Origin: an uncultured Oligoflexia bacterium | Lineage (GTDB): Bacteria > Bdellovibrionota > UBA1018 > CAYHWW01 | Direction: 5' to 3' | DNA: 64,000 nucleotides | NCBI GenBank assembly: GCA_964360145.1 | Contig: CAYHWW010000002.1 | Coordinates: 3,473-67,472, forward strand | Notes under the pieces: model-generated | Database searches by the model: none | Told to the model about the DNA's origin: nothing | Seen by the model: only the letters and a program-made list of their open reading frames with translations | Made by a program: the position numbers and the translations under genes | Part shown: one piece after another, positions 10,247 through 21,814 of the stretch | Layout: every line of letters begins with the position of its first letter | Position numbering within the stretch: position 1 is the stretch's first letter

Positions 10247-11215
10247 ATGGAAACAACGAACAGCACGACGAATGCAAATACCGCGAAAGAGCGCCCCGCT
10301 CCGCGCCCTGCCCTGGGCAAGGGCCTCGCCTCCCTGTTCCCCGCCCCGCCCGCCGCCACCGCGGTTGCCCATGAAGTCGCTGAAGCGGCGGCAGGTGCAC
10401 TAGCCAATAAAGATCGTCACATGGGTATTATGATGTGCGCCGTCGAGGACATCGTGCCCAACCAGTTTCAGCCACGTCGTGAGTTTGACGAAGCAACCGT
10501 CGAAGAGTTGGCGCAGTCCATTCGGGAAAATGGCCTCATCCAGCCTCTTGTGGTGCGCAAGGGCGCGAAGGGTTTCCAGCTCATTGCCGGCGAGCGCCGC
10601 CTGCGCGCGGCGAAGCTTGCTGGCCTGAGGCAAGTGCCCATCGTCATTCGTCGATCCACGGACCAAGAGGCGCTGGAGCTGGCTCTCATCGAAAATATTC
10701 AGCGTGAAGACCTGAACTGCATGGACACCGCCCACGCCTATCAACAGCTCATGAGTGAGTTCAGCATGACTCAGGAGGCAGTGTCTCAAAAGGTGGGCAA
10801 GGATCGTGCGACAGTGGCCAATCACTTGCGCCTCTTGCGGCTTCCCGAAAAAATCCGGGCATGGCTTAAAGAGGGAACGATATCTTATGGCCATGGGAAA
10901 ACGCTGGCGGGCCTGATGGATCATCCCGCGGATGCGGAGCGCTTTGCTGAAGAGGCTATAGATCTGCGCTGGTCCGTGCGAGAGCTCGAGCACCGCATTC
11001 AGGCGTGGAAAGACGGTCGGGTCGAGTCGCCGGAGACGCCCGTCGCCGAAGGGCTTACACCCGTGGCTCTGCGCCTTCAGAACGTGAGCAAGGAACTTTC
11101 TCAAAAGTATTCGACCAAAGTAGTTGTAAAGGGTCATGATAGGCGCGGCAAGATCGTGTTGGATTACTACTCCGTCGATGATCTCCATCGCTTGATCGAT
11201 ATGCTCGGTCGTTAG
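10247..11215 (+). CDS. parB: chromosome partitioning protein ParB (Spo0J)
   Basis: ParB box (LIQPLVVR, IAGERRLRAAKLAG), HTH region, N-terminal ParA-interaction-like motif LGKGLASL. Confidence 0.9.
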   Translation: METTNSTTNANTAKERPAPRPALGKGLASLFPAPPAATAVAHEVAEAAAGALANKDRHMGIMMCAVEDIVPNQFQPRREFDEATVEELAQSIRENGLIQPLVVRKGAKGFQLIAGERRLRAAKLAGLRQVPIVIRRSTDQEALELALIENIQREDLNCMDTAHAYQQLMSEFSMTQEAVSQKVGKDRATVANHLRLLRLPEKIRAWLKEGTISYGHGKTLAGLMDHPADAERFAEEAIDLRWSVRELEHRIQAWKDGRVESPETPVAEGLTPVALRLQNVSKELSQKYSTKVVVKGHDRRGKIVLDYYSVDDLHRLIDMLGR

Positions 11216-11225
11216 TGAGGCCCCC

Positions 11226-11627
11226 GTGAAGCGCGTTGACCTGTCCACTAAACTAGAAAATCATAGCATTAGCGGCATCATAGAACAGGGTTGCGAGTTT
11301 GAGGGCAAGCTCTGTTTTGAGGGCACCGTGCGCATCGGTGGGCGCTTCCGCGGCAGCATCATAACAAATGATGTGCTTGTCATTGGTGAGGGTGCCCGGG
11401 TTGAGGGTGATGTGGAGGCCGGCACTGTGATCATCAGTGGTGAAATGGTGGGCGACATTGTGGCCAAGCACCGCGTGGAAATTCACCGTCCCGCGATCTT
11501 CCGCGGCAATATCATGACGCCCAGCTTGATGGTTGATGAGGGCGTGATTTTTGAGGGCAGTTCGCGGATGATTTCTCATCGTCCTGCCGGGGAAAAATCC
11601 TATCTGGGCCGGGTAGAATCGAATTGA
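11226..11627 (+). CDS. bactofilin family cytoskeletal protein
   Basis: Beta-helical repeats (GxVxGDVxAxxVxIxG pattern), about 130 aa, GTG start. Confidence 0.7.
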   Translation: MKRVDLSTKLENHSISGIIEQGCEFEGKLCFEGTVRIGGRFRGSIITNDVLVIGEGARVEGDVEAGTVIISGEMVGDIVAKHRVEIHRPAIFRGNIMTPSLMVDEGVIFEGSSRMISHRPAGEKSYLGRVESN

Positions 11628-11665
11628 CAGTAATTTTTTGTGCGTGCTAGTCCTGCCGTACACTT

Positions 11666-12109
11666 ATGCTCACCGAAATTGCAGCGCAGCTGGGCATCGA
11701 CCAGTCATTTTACGTCCAGTTCATTCTGATTGTAGTTTTCTATCTCCTCGTCAGCAGTCTCTACCTGAAACCATTTCAGCGCCTGCTTGCGTTACGTGAA
11801 GAGCGCACCACCGGCGCTTTGAAAGAGGCTCAGGGGTTGAATCAAAGGGCCGAAGAGCTGCAGGGGCAATACAAGGCGCGCCTTCAGGATCTGCACCAGC
11901 GCACGCGCGGCATACTAAAAAAAGTAGAAGATGAGTCCAAGCTTGATGCCAGTAAGATTCTTGATGCGGCAACTCAAGAAGCGCGGGGAAAAGTACAGGT
12001 GACGCTCAAGGAGCTAGAGCTGCAAAAGGCCTCTCTTTTGAGCGCACTCTCCGCGGACGCCCAACAAATTGCCCAAGAGATTGTAATAAAGGTGCTCAAC
12101 CGAGCCTAG
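11666..12109 (+). CDS. atpF2: F0F1 ATP synthase subunit b' (b-type stator)
   Basis: N-terminal TM helix then long charged coiled coil; first of two tandem b-type genes preceding atpH. Confidence 0.75.
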   Translation: MLTEIAAQLGIDQSFYVQFILIVVFYLLVSSLYLKPFQRLLALREERTTGALKEAQGLNQRAEELQGQYKARLQDLHQRTRGILKKVEDESKLDASKILDAATQEARGKVQVTLKELELQKASLLSALSADAQQIAQEIVIKVLNRA

Positions 12110-12121
12110 TGATGGTGATGA

Positions 12122-12586
12122 ATGAGTGAGCTTTTCGTTCCCGCAGTAAATTTTGCGATGCTCGTCGGCCTTTTGGGCTATTTTGCGTGGCCACCATTCA
12201 AGACGTTCGTTGCCCAACGCCAGGAAGACATCAAAAAACTGTCAGAAGACGCTCGCACTCAGAAGGTTGAAGCGGAGAAGCGCTTGCGAGAGTTTGAAGG
12301 CAAGCTGCGCGCATTTGAGGTGGATGCTGAGAGTCTGCTACGCGCCGCCCAGGCGGATGCTGAGGTCCTGCGCACGAAAATCATCGAGGACGCACGCAAA
12401 CAAGGTGAATACATCCGTAAAGACGCAGAGAGCACCGCGACGGCCAACGTCAATGACTTCCGTGATGAAGTGAGGCGTCAGGTTGTGCGGCTGGCCGTGT
12501 CCGAGGCAGAAAAAAGCATTCGTGCCAATCTTTCCAAGGATGTTCAAAGCAAGATCATCCGCGATTACATGGAGAAAGTCGTATGA
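12122..12586 (+). CDS. atpF: F0F1 ATP synthase subunit b
   Basis: TM helix LVGLLGYFAWPPF then coiled coil; position before delta. Confidence 0.8.
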   Translation: MSELFVPAVNFAMLVGLLGYFAWPPFKTFVAQRQEDIKKLSEDARTQKVEAEKRLREFEGKLRAFEVDAESLLRAAQADAEVLRTKIIEDARKQGEYIRKDAESTATANVNDFRDEVRRQVVRLAVSEAEKSIRANLSKDVQSKIIRDYMEKVV

Positions 12587-13131
12587 AGGCGATCGCCGTC
12601 AGTCGCGCCTACGCAACAGCGCTCTACGAACTGGCTCGTGATCGCAATGAGATCGATGAGGTTCACGACCAGTTGATGGTGTTGGCGCGGGCATGGACAG
12701 ACTCCAAGGATCTGCAGAGAGTGTTCGCCTCCGGCCGCTTTACGGACAAAGAAAAGACGGATCTTACTGGCGCACTATCGGAAAAACTGGGCCTCTCTCC
12801 GTTGGTCTCCCGCTTTTTTTCCCTGGCGACTGAAAAGGCCCGTCTTTCTCTTCTTCCTGAAATGGCATCCGAGTTTCAGGGCCGCATCGATGAGGCCTCT
12901 GGCACATTGCGCGGTACCGTCTTCACCGCGGAAGCTCTTCCCGAAGAGCAAGTGAAAGACTTGGAGCGCGCCTTTTCTCAGCGCTTCAAGAAAATCGTTC
13001 ACTTGGAGCCCCGAGTGAATGGCAGCCTTTTGGGCGGTCTTTTGGTCCGCATCGGCGATCTCTCATTTGACGGCAGTCTCAGAACCACTCTCGAGAACTT
13101 GAAGAACAAACTTGAAAGGCAGTACCCATGA
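12583..13131 (+). CDS. atpH: F0F1 ATP synthase subunit delta (OSCP)
   Basis: OSCP-family N-terminus ([14 protein letters not shown]); operon position. Confidence 0.85.
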   Translation: MKAIAVSRAYATALYELARDRNEIDEVHDQLMVLARAWTDSKDLQRVFASGRFTDKEKTDLTGALSEKLGLSPLVSRFFSLATEKARLSLLPEMASEFQGRIDEASGTLRGTVFTAEALPEEQVKDLERAFSQRFKKIVHLEPRVNGSLLGGLLVRIGDLSFDGSLRTTLENLKNKLERQYP

Positions 13132-14639
13132 TCAAAGTGCGCCCAGAGGAAATCACGCAACTCATCAAAAAGCAGCTCTCCGACTTCGAAAGTAAAGTCG
13201 AAGTTTCGGAGACGGGCTCCGTTATCTCCGTCGGCGACGGTGTAGCCAAGGTACACGGCCTTACCAACGTCATGGCGGGCGAGCTGGTGGAGTTTACCGG
13301 TGGCGTAACCGGCATGGTGCTGAACCTTGAAGAACAAAGCGTTGGTATTGCCATCCTCGGCGATGACACCCAGATCAAAGAGGGTGGCACCGTCAAGCGC
13401 ACGAACAAGATCGTGCAGGTCCCCGTTGGTGAAGAGCTGTTGGGGCGCGTGGTCAACGTGCTTGGCGAGCCCATCGACGGCAAGGGTGAAACCCGCGCTA
13501 AGAATTATCGCCGCATTGAGATCAAAGCTCCAGGCATCGTCGCTCGTCAGGGCGTGAAAGAACCCCTGCAAACTGGCATCAAGGCCATCGATGCCATGAT
13601 TCCCATTGGGCGTGGTCAGCGGGAGCTCATCATTGGTGATCGTCAAACGGGTAAGACCGCCATTGCCGTGGACACGATCATCAACCAAAAAGGCAAGGGC
13701 GTGTACTGCTTCTATGTGGCCATCGGCCAGAAGCAATCAACCGTGGCCCAAGTGGTGGACAAGCTCCGCAGTAATGGCGCCATGGAATACACGACGGTGA
13801 TCTGTGCTGGCGCTGCCGACAGGGCCTCATTGCAGTTCCTGGCGCCCTATTCCGGTGTCACCATGGCGGAGTACTTCCGCGATTCAGGGCGCCACGCCCT
13901 CATCGTTTATGATGACTTAACCAAGCAAGCGCAAGCATATCGTCAGCTGTCCCTGTTGCTCCGCCGCCCTCCGGGTCGCGAAGCTTATCCCGGCGACGTA
14001 TTTTATCTGCATTCCCGGCTGTTGGAGCGTGCCGCGAAGCTCAGCGACAAGCTGGGGGGCGGCTCATTAACCGCTCTACCCATCATCGAAACTCAGGCGG
14101 GCGACGTGTCCGCATATATCCCCACCAATGTGATTTCCATCACCGACGGACAGATTTTCCTGGAGTCTGATTTGTTCTACTCCGGTGTTCGTCCGGCAAT
14201 CAATGTGGGTGTTTCCGTGTCTCGGGTCGGTGGCGCAGCTCAAACAAAGGCCATGAAGTCCGTCGCCGGCACACTGCGTCTTGAGCTCGCTCAATATCGC
14301 GAGAAGGCCGCATTCGCCCAGTTTGGAAGCGATCTGGACGCTGCCACACAGAAACAACTGAGCCGCGGCGCAAGGCTTGTGGAAATCCTCAAGCAAGGCC
14401 AGTACTCTCCGGTGCCCTTTGAGCGCCAAGTGGTCATCATATTCGCGGGCACCCACGGACATCTCGATAAATTCGAGACTTCCAGTCTCGACAAATATGA
14501 GAAGGATCTCATGCAGTACCTGGAGACGAAGCACCCCACAGTGCTGAAGAGTATCGAGTCTTCCGGCAAGATCGACGACTCAATCAAGACGTCCTTGGTG
14601 CGCGCACTCCAGGAGTTCGAAACGGTATTCAGCGGGTGA
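13128..14639 (+). CDS. atpA: F0F1 ATP synthase subunit alpha
   Basis: P-loop GDRQTGKT, highly conserved alpha sequence. Confidence 0.97.
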   Translation: MIKVRPEEITQLIKKQLSDFESKVEVSETGSVISVGDGVAKVHGLTNVMAGELVEFTGGVTGMVLNLEEQSVGIAILGDDTQIKEGGTVKRTNKIVQVPVGEELLGRVVNVLGEPIDGKGETRAKNYRRIEIKAPGIVARQGVKEPLQTGIKAIDAMIPIGRGQRELIIGDRQTGKTAIAVDTIINQKGKGVYCFYVAIGQKQSTVAQVVDKLRSNGAMEYTTVICAGAADRASLQFLAPYSGVTMAEYFRDSGRHALIVYDDLTKQAQAYRQLSLLLRRPPGREAYPGDVFYLHSRLLERAAKLSDKLGGGSLTALPIIETQAGDVSAYIPTNVISITDGQIFLESDLFYSGVRPAINVGVSVSRVGGAAQTKAMKSVAGTLRLELAQYREKAAFAQFGSDLDAATQKQLSRGARLVEILKQGQYSPVPFERQVVIIFAGTHGHLDKFETSSLDKYEKDLMQYLETKHPTVLKSIESSGKIDDSIKTSLVRALQEFETVFSG

Positions 14640-14645
14640 TTTGAG

Positions 14646-15524
14646 ATGGCCAGTTCAAAAGACTTACGCAAACGCATTTCGACGGTGAAGAACACGCAGC
14701 AGATCACCAAGGCCATGAAAATGGTGTCTGCCGCGAAGCTGCGCCGCGCTCAGGATGCCATCGTCAGCTTGCGCCCCTATGCCCGCGAGATCCAAGCCAT
14801 CGTGAGTTCCATTGCTCGTTCCACGGAGGCGGCTCACCCACTGATGGATGAGGCTCGTGCGGAGTCCGGTGACAAGGTGCTCGTCGTGGTTGTTACTTCT
14901 GATCGCGGCCTCTGTGGCGCCTTCAATGCCAGCGTCATCAAGGGCGCCATGCGTTACATGCGCACCCATGGCCATAAGTACAAGAAGTTTGAGTTGGGCT
15001 TTGTGGGCCGCAAGGGCTACGAATTTTTCAAGACCCGGACGCCCAACGCTGGTCGCTACTACCAGAACTTCTTTAGCGGCCTGCGGTTCGCCAAGTCTCA
15101 GGCCATGGCTGAAGAGCTAATTGCCCAATATACCGCGGGTGATTTTGATCAGGTCTTCTTCGTCTACAATGAGTTCCAATCAGCGATCTCTCAAAAGGTT
15201 GCGGTGGAGCGTTTTCTCCCCGTGCGCATTGAAGGCGCAGGCACGGAAACAGCGGGGGACCAAAACCCCGTGGCCTATGAGCCCAGTCGTGAAGAGATAC
15301 TAGACATGTTGTTGCCCAAGCACTTCGCTACGCAGATCCACAGGATTTTACTGGAGTCCTTGGCCAGCGAGCATGGTGCGCGCATGTCCGCCATGGAGAA
15401 CGCAACGAAGAATGCCGGTGAGATGATGTTTGCGCTCTCTCTGGAGTACAACAAGACCCGCCAGGGTGGCATCACCAAGGAATTGCTGGAAATCGTTTCG
15501 GGCTCCGAAGCCCAAAAGAATTAA
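14646..15524 (+). CDS. atpG: F0F1 ATP synthase subunit gamma
   Basis: Gamma N-terminal motif (IKNTQQITKAMKMVSAAKLRRAQ), conserved C-terminus. Confidence 0.95.
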   Translation: MASSKDLRKRISTVKNTQQITKAMKMVSAAKLRRAQDAIVSLRPYAREIQAIVSSIARSTEAAHPLMDEARAESGDKVLVVVVTSDRGLCGAFNASVIKGAMRYMRTHGHKYKKFELGFVGRKGYEFFKTRTPNAGRYYQNFFSGLRFAKSQAMAEELIAQYTAGDFDQVFFVYNEFQSAISQKVAVERFLPVRIEGAGTETAGDQNPVAYEPSREEILDMLLPKHFATQIHRILLESLASEHGARMSAMENATKNAGEMMFALSLEYNKTRQGGITKELLEIVSGSEAQKN

Positions 15525-15530
15525 TCATGA

Positions 15531-16969
<1,439 letters not shown>

Positions 16970-16970
<1 letters not shown>

Positions 16971-17389
16971 TGATGCTGACACTGGAAGTTGTTACACCGA
17001 CAAAACGCGTAGTATCCCCCGTGAGAGTGGAAACGGTTACTCTCATGGGTGCCCAGGGCGAGCTTACCATCTTGCCTGGTCATGCTCGTCTGGTGAGCAG
17101 CATGGAAACCGGTGTTCTCCGTTACGAAACCGAGGGCCACAAGGAAAAGCAGACGGCTGTGATCACTAGTGGCTTCGTCGAAGTGAAAAACGACAAGGTG
17201 ACTGTACTAGCCGAGACCATGGAAATGGCCCGCGAGATCGATGTCGAGCGTGCGAAAAAAGCCCAGACAAAGGCGGAAGAGCGCTTGAAGGACAAGGAGC
17301 TGGACCCGGATAGCTTCCGCAAGTATCAACTGAAGCTTCAGCGTGCGCTCATCCGTCAGCAGCTTGCCCGCGAACACAGCAGCTCGTAA
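16970..17389 (+). CDS. atpC: F0F1 ATP synthase subunit epsilon
   Basis: Epsilon beta-sandwich N-domain plus helical C-terminus; operon position. Confidence 0.9.
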
Positions 17390-17408
17390 GGCTTGGTCTT
17401 TTGCCGCC

Positions 17409-17513
17409 TAGCTTCGTTGTCGTCGTCGCCCGCTCCACGCGGCGGGCAGGCAGCCCGCCTTGGTCGCCGGGCTCCTCCTCCGTCTCGCTAGTCGGCAAAA
17501 TACCTTCGCCTTA
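17409..17513. repeat. about 105-bp intergenic repeat unit (single copy) with internal hairpin
   Basis: TAGCTTCGTTGTCGTCGTCGC...CTCCTCCTCCG...CCTTCGCCT is shared with both arms of the inverted pair at 62207-62492; internal stem GGCGGGC/GCCCGCC. Confidence 0.7.
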
Positions 17514-17625
17514 TCTTGGATGCTGGTATTGCCGTGAGGATATCGGAAGTGTGGTGCATGGATTGCCGCACGGCGGCGTGACCGACGCTTGACCCGTTGC
17601 CAGGATGTTTCCAACAACATAGCCT

Positions 17626-20169
17626 ATGAGTAGGCCCCAATTGACTGGGGTTTTGTGCGGTCACGGAGGATCTTTGGCAGTGGTTCGCCCCAGAAAGGTG
17701 CGAAAACAGTCCGCAGTGCGAGCAACGACGTTGCTCTGCGCTGTTGTCGCATCTTACTGTGCTGCCGAGGCGACGCTTCATTGTGCTCAAAACCTCGCAC
17801 GTCAGTGGCTGAAGCCCTCTCTTCCTCTTACTGCATTGAAGGGGCTGCCGCGGGGCAGTGTAGGCTTACGGTCTCCTGAAAGCCCCGCTATGCTCACTGC
17901 GCATTCCATTTCTGTGCGCTCTTACCGAGTGATTCTGCCTCCTGCACCAAGCGAAAGCAGCGTGCCCCTCGTTGGTGCGGAGGTGGACTCTGGCGCGGCC
18001 CAAGGATTTGCTCTTCTCTCGCAGCAGTATGCCGAGGAGACCCAGCGGCTAGCCTACCGCCATCATCTTCTGTCCATGGAATGGCACAGCATTGCCCAGG
18101 CCCATCAAGCGGCCCGGCAGCAGCGTCGCATGGCTCGGAAAGCTCCGACGCAAAAGAGCGAAGAGCCCACTGAGGTGGTTCAAGCCAGTGCGGTTCATAA
18201 GCTGGCCCCATCACTGGAGATGAAAGTAGCATTAGCTGAGAAGCCGCAGCCCAGGGTTAAATCATCGCCGCACCTGAAGCTTGCCATGAACCTTGAGCCA
18301 CTAGCGTCAATGAATACTCAGACTGACCACTCAGTGGATTATCAAGGTCTCTTAAAGAGCCTCGCAATAGGAGAAGCGCCTCAGATCGAAGAGCTACAGC
18401 CGCCACTGGTTGAGGCCGCACCTCCGGCAGCTGAACCGGAGCAACAACAGATCGCAGAAATCCCCGCTGCTCCGGCGGAGTCGGTGACCGCTATTCAAAC
18501 GGTCACCGAAGTGCATGGAACACCCTCTGCATCGAAGGATGCTCTGAATACCCAGCCTGAGCATCCAGTGATGAATACTCAGGAATACGTCGCCCCCCAG
18601 TATGAGGAAGCACGGGTGGATTATGGCAAGGCTGTGGCAGAGAATATCCAAAACTCCGCACCAACTATTATAGAGGCGGGCAATGTTGTTGCTGGTGCCT
18701 CTGCGTCTGAAGAGTCAGCCACCATCCCCATGGTGGTTTCGGCGACACCGACGATTAGCTATCCCATCGTGATGGGCTTAATTGGTCCCCCTGCTCCTGC
18801 CGCTGCGGTCGCAGCGGCAGGAGCAGCAGCACCCCCTCCGGCAGCGCCCACGCCCACTGTAGATGTGGCACAACAAAAGACCACGGAACCGTCCGAAGAA
18901 GATCAAACCATTCTGGGCTTGGATGGCGGCACCCCAAGTCCGCGTAAAACGACGCCCGCCGTGGAAGTTCAACCCCTCCCCGTGGACGGCTTCAGCGCCA
19001 CCATCTCCGAGGCCTTCAGTGGCGGCAGCAGTGCAATCAGTGGCGCCTCAGCGCAAGTGCTCGGCTCACAGCAGGTTGTGCGGAGCGATGGCCGGGGACA
19101 AGCGCACTTCAAGGAAACAGGACTCACCGGCGTCCTTCCCGTCATCATTCGCAAAGAGGGTTACCTCTGGCGCCGTGCGGACTTGCAGCCCAACAGAGAA
19201 ATGTTCGTCGAATTGGTGTCCGAGAACGCCGCCCGCATGGCAGCACTGGCATCCGGCGATGCTCCCCGCGGGGACAGCGCATTCATGTTCATCCAGCTCG
19301 TCGACCCAGAAGGTAAAAACCTGTCTGGCTATACAGCGCGAATCATCAGCGCCGCGTCTCGCGACGCAGGGATATCTCCCCGCTATGTCGATGAGAACGG
19401 GGCGCCGCTCAAAGCGGGCAGCGCGACGAGCTCCCGCGGCCAACTGATTTTCCCCGCAGCGCCCCAGGGGGATTACATCCTTGTGGTAACAGATGCCGCG
19501 GGTCGCGACCGCGCTCCCCACCTGATGCATGTGGGTGCAGGCGAGGGCATCGTTCGAAAAGTGAGTTTGGGTCGCGCAGTGGGGATCCAGGGGCGCATTC
19601 TCAACGGTCAGCTCGCCAATGCCCCCTTCGCGGGCGCCACCGTACTTCTTTTCGGGACTGATGAAAGCGCAGCTACGGCGACCGCGGACAAGAACGGTCG
19701 TTTCAAGTTTTCCGGTCTATATGTAGATTGCGACGATCTGAACTATCTCCAGGTGGAGCGCGAAGGCATATACCGCAATCGGCTGGAGTATTCCTGCGGT
19801 GGCTCCGACTACTACGTGATGCCGAAAACTCGCGTTGACTCCTTGGCGGAGGAGGCGGGGATGGGCCTTAATCCCAACGCAGGCATCATTATTGGGCACG
19901 TCAGCATGGCTTTCAGCACCAAGGTGCAGCTCATCGGTCCCCAAGAGCTGGTGCCCGCCGAGAATCCCCGCGGCTATGACTTCTACTTTGAGAGGGATGG
20001 TATCATCAACCCCGGCCGGGACCGCACCTCACGCAGCGGTAACTTCATCCTCATGGATGCCCCCGGTGAAATGTCGTACATGCAGGTATTCGACAGGGCC
20101 AACAGCACAACCCGTCACATCACCCCGATATTCACCGCGCCGAGCACCGTCAGCGTTATCGTGCGCTGA
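17626..20169 (+). CDS. large hypothetical protein, Pro/Ala/Gln-rich linker region and C-terminal carboxypeptidase-regulatory-like (transthyretin-like) beta-sandwich repeats
   Basis: Long ORF with coding-like codon usage; low-complexity stretch PPAPAAAVAAAGAAAPPPAAPTPT; C-terminal GATVLLFGTDESAATATADKNGRFKFSGLY resembles CarboxypepD_reg repeats; start codon uncertain. Confidence 0.5.
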   Translation: MSRPQLTGVLCGHGGSLAVVRPRKVRKQSAVRATTLLCAVVASYCAAEATLHCAQNLARQWLKPSLPLTALKGLPRGSVGLRSPESPAMLTAHSISVRSYRVILPPAPSESSVPLVGAEVDSGAAQGFALLSQQYAEETQRLAYRHHLLSMEWHSIAQAHQAARQQRRMARKAPTQKSEEPTEVVQASAVHKLAPSLEMKVALAEKPQPRVKSSPHLKLAMNLEPLASMNTQTDHSVDYQGLLKSLAIGEAPQIEELQPPLVEAAPPAAEPEQQQIAEIPAAPAESVTAIQTVTEVHGTPSASKDALNTQPEHPVMNTQEYVAPQYEEARVDYGKAVAENIQNSAPTIIEAGNVVAGASASEESATIPMVVSATPTISYPIVMGLIGPPAPAAAVAAAGAAAPPPAAPTPTVDVAQQKTTEPSEEDQTILGLDGGTPSPRKTTPAVEVQPLPVDGFSATISEAFSGGSSAISGASAQVLGSQQVVRSDGRGQAHFKETGLTGVLPVIIRKEGYLWRRADLQPNREMFVELVSENAARMAALASGDAPRGDSAFMFIQLVDPEGKNLSGYTARIISAASRDAGISPRYVDENGAPLKAGSATSSRGQLIFPAAPQGDYILVVTDAAGRDRAPHLMHVGAGEGIVRKVSLGRAVGIQGRILNGQLANAPFAGATVLLFGTDESAATATADKNGRFKFSGLYVDCDDLNYLQVEREGIYRNRLEYSCGGSDYYVMPKTRVDSLAEEAGMGLNPNAGIIIGHVSMAFSTKVQLIGPQELVPAENPRGYDFYFERDGIINPGRDRTSRSGNFILMDAPGEMSYMQVFDRANSTTRHITPIFTAPSTVSVIVR

Positions 20170-21469
20170 TTTCACGGATAGCGAAGGGGATTACAACCCT
20201 TGTGCCTTTGGGCAGGCGGCGCTTCAAGTCGAAGATGTCTGGATTGAAAGTTTTTACGGCATCTAACGGCGCCTGATGGAAGGCCGCCACCTCAAACACG
20301 CTTTGGGGCGCCGTCAACTTTACGATCTGCACGCGGTAGGAGCTGCTGGATGCGGGCATGTGGTAAAGACGATCCTGGTAAACTTCGGCATGAACAATGG
20401 CGAGGAACTCCGCGAAGTAATTGCGACTGGCGTAACCCAGGGGCGATTGTTTGTTGCGGGCATCAAGCAGTTTCGCGATATTTTTCACGCCATACTGGTG
20501 GCGAATTTTCACCAGGTTGCGAGCGCCGTGGTTGTAGGCGATGACGGAAAGAGCGATATCGCCCAGGATACGCATGTTGCGTTTGAACATGCGCGTGGCG
20601 GCATGGGCGGACTTAATGGGTGAGAGGCGTTCATCGATGCCCGCCCTTTCATCAACGATCATGTATTCTTGGGCGGACTTGACCAAGAATTGCCAAACAC
20701 CCACCGCGGAGGCCTTCGACTCGGCGGTGATCTGAAAAGAGGACTCAAGGAGTGGTAACCGCGAGAGCTGCACGGGGAGGCCAGCCTCCCGGAAGATGTC
20801 TTCCATGGGTTTCATGAAGGGGCGGCTGGCGCGGATACCGCGGTAAATATAGTCGCGTTGGCCCTTTTGAGTCTTGATGTTGGCAAGCGTCCGTCGCCAG
20901 TGCGAAGCTTTGCATCGCCCCCAGAGTTGCAAGGCGCGAGAGCCAGGGGCACCGACCTTGAACTGAGCCTTGGGGTTGCGGGCGAGAATGCCAAGGTCGT
21001 GGCGTAAGGCATCCAGCATCGACTGAAGGCGCCTCTTGGACATGATTTCAATGCCGATGGCGCCCATGCCGCGGGCCATGAATTCCCGGGCGTCCTGCAC
21101 GGCATAGATTTTATCTGGGCTTTCTTTGTCGAAAACCACCGTTTGCATGCTGGAGTAACGGGCATAAATCTTGAGCCAAAACGCAACATGGCCCTCTAAG
21201 CCAGCGGGCACCTTGAACTCAGGCTCCACCCGATTTTCGGGATCGACCAGCACTTCGGCCAGGTCCTTTGTAGAAACATCCAAGTAGAGGGGGTCAGACT
21301 CCGGCGCCTTATATTGGTCAGAAGCCTCGGGAAAGAGAAGATCCATATCCGCCGCCCGCATGGGAGCCCCATCCCCCGGGGGGAGGGTTGACGAGCGGCC
21401 AGGTACGGCGAACAGGAGGCAAATCGCGCAAGTCATTGTAACCAATAGGGGGACGCGGGTTTGCTCCAT
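20156..21469 (-). CDS. lytic transglycosylase domain protein (MltD-like, periplasmic)
   Basis: N-terminal signal peptide; SLT active-site region ESSFQITAESKASAVGVWQFL with catalytic Glu, and AYNHG motif. Confidence 0.75.
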   Translation of the reverse strand: MEQTRVPLLVTMTCAICLLFAVPGRSSTLPPGDGAPMRAADMDLLFPEASDQYKAPESDPLYLDVSTKDLAEVLVDPENRVEPEFKVPAGLEGHVAFWLKIYARYSSMQTVVFDKESPDKIYAVQDAREFMARGMGAIGIEIMSKRRLQSMLDALRHDLGILARNPKAQFKVGAPGSRALQLWGRCKASHWRRTLANIKTQKGQRDYIYRGIRASRPFMKPMEDIFREAGLPVQLSRLPLLESSFQITAESKASAVGVWQFLVKSAQEYMIVDERAGIDERLSPIKSAHAATRMFKRNMRILGDIALSVIAYNHGARNLVKIRHQYGVKNIAKLLDARNKQSPLGYASRNYFAEFLAIVHAEVYQDRLYHMPASSSSYRVQIVKLTAPQSVFEVAAFHQAPLDAVKTFNPDIFDLKRRLPKGTRVVIPFAIREISAR

Positions 21470-21586
21470 GACTCAATGTAGAGCAAGGAGCCTGCCAACC
21501 GGAGTCAGGCTAACCCCTTGTCAGAAAAGGGTTTTTCTTGTACTTACTCACTAGCTTTCGTACGTCTGTCAAAGGAGTAGACACCC

Positions 21587-21814
21587 ATGACCGAGCCCCG
21601 GCTGGAAGATCATCTCAAGCGTTTAAGCGAGATCGTTCGCACCCTGGAACAGAATGAGGCGCCACTGGAAGAGTCCCTCAAGCTCTTTGAAGAGGGCGTG
21701 GGCTTGGTGAGGGCCTGCCATTCCAAGTTGTCCGATGCGGAGCGGAAAATCGAAGTTTTGACAAAGGTCTCCGCCGACGGAGTGGAGTCCCGCCCTTACA
21801 GCAACACGCCGTGA
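21587..21814 (+). CDS. xseB: exodeoxyribonuclease VII small subunit
   Basis: XseB-family 75-aa helical protein (LEESLKLFEEGVGLVRACHSKL). Confidence 0.85.
   Translation: MTEPRLEDHLKRLSEIVRTLEQNEAPLEESLKLFEEGVGLVRACHSKLSDAERKIEVLTKVSADGVESRPYSNTP

Noticed and set aside
17401-17620. Short ORFs on both strands over the 105-bp repeat after atpC
   Set aside because: Same reason: repeat-derived, no RBS context, overlapping each other.
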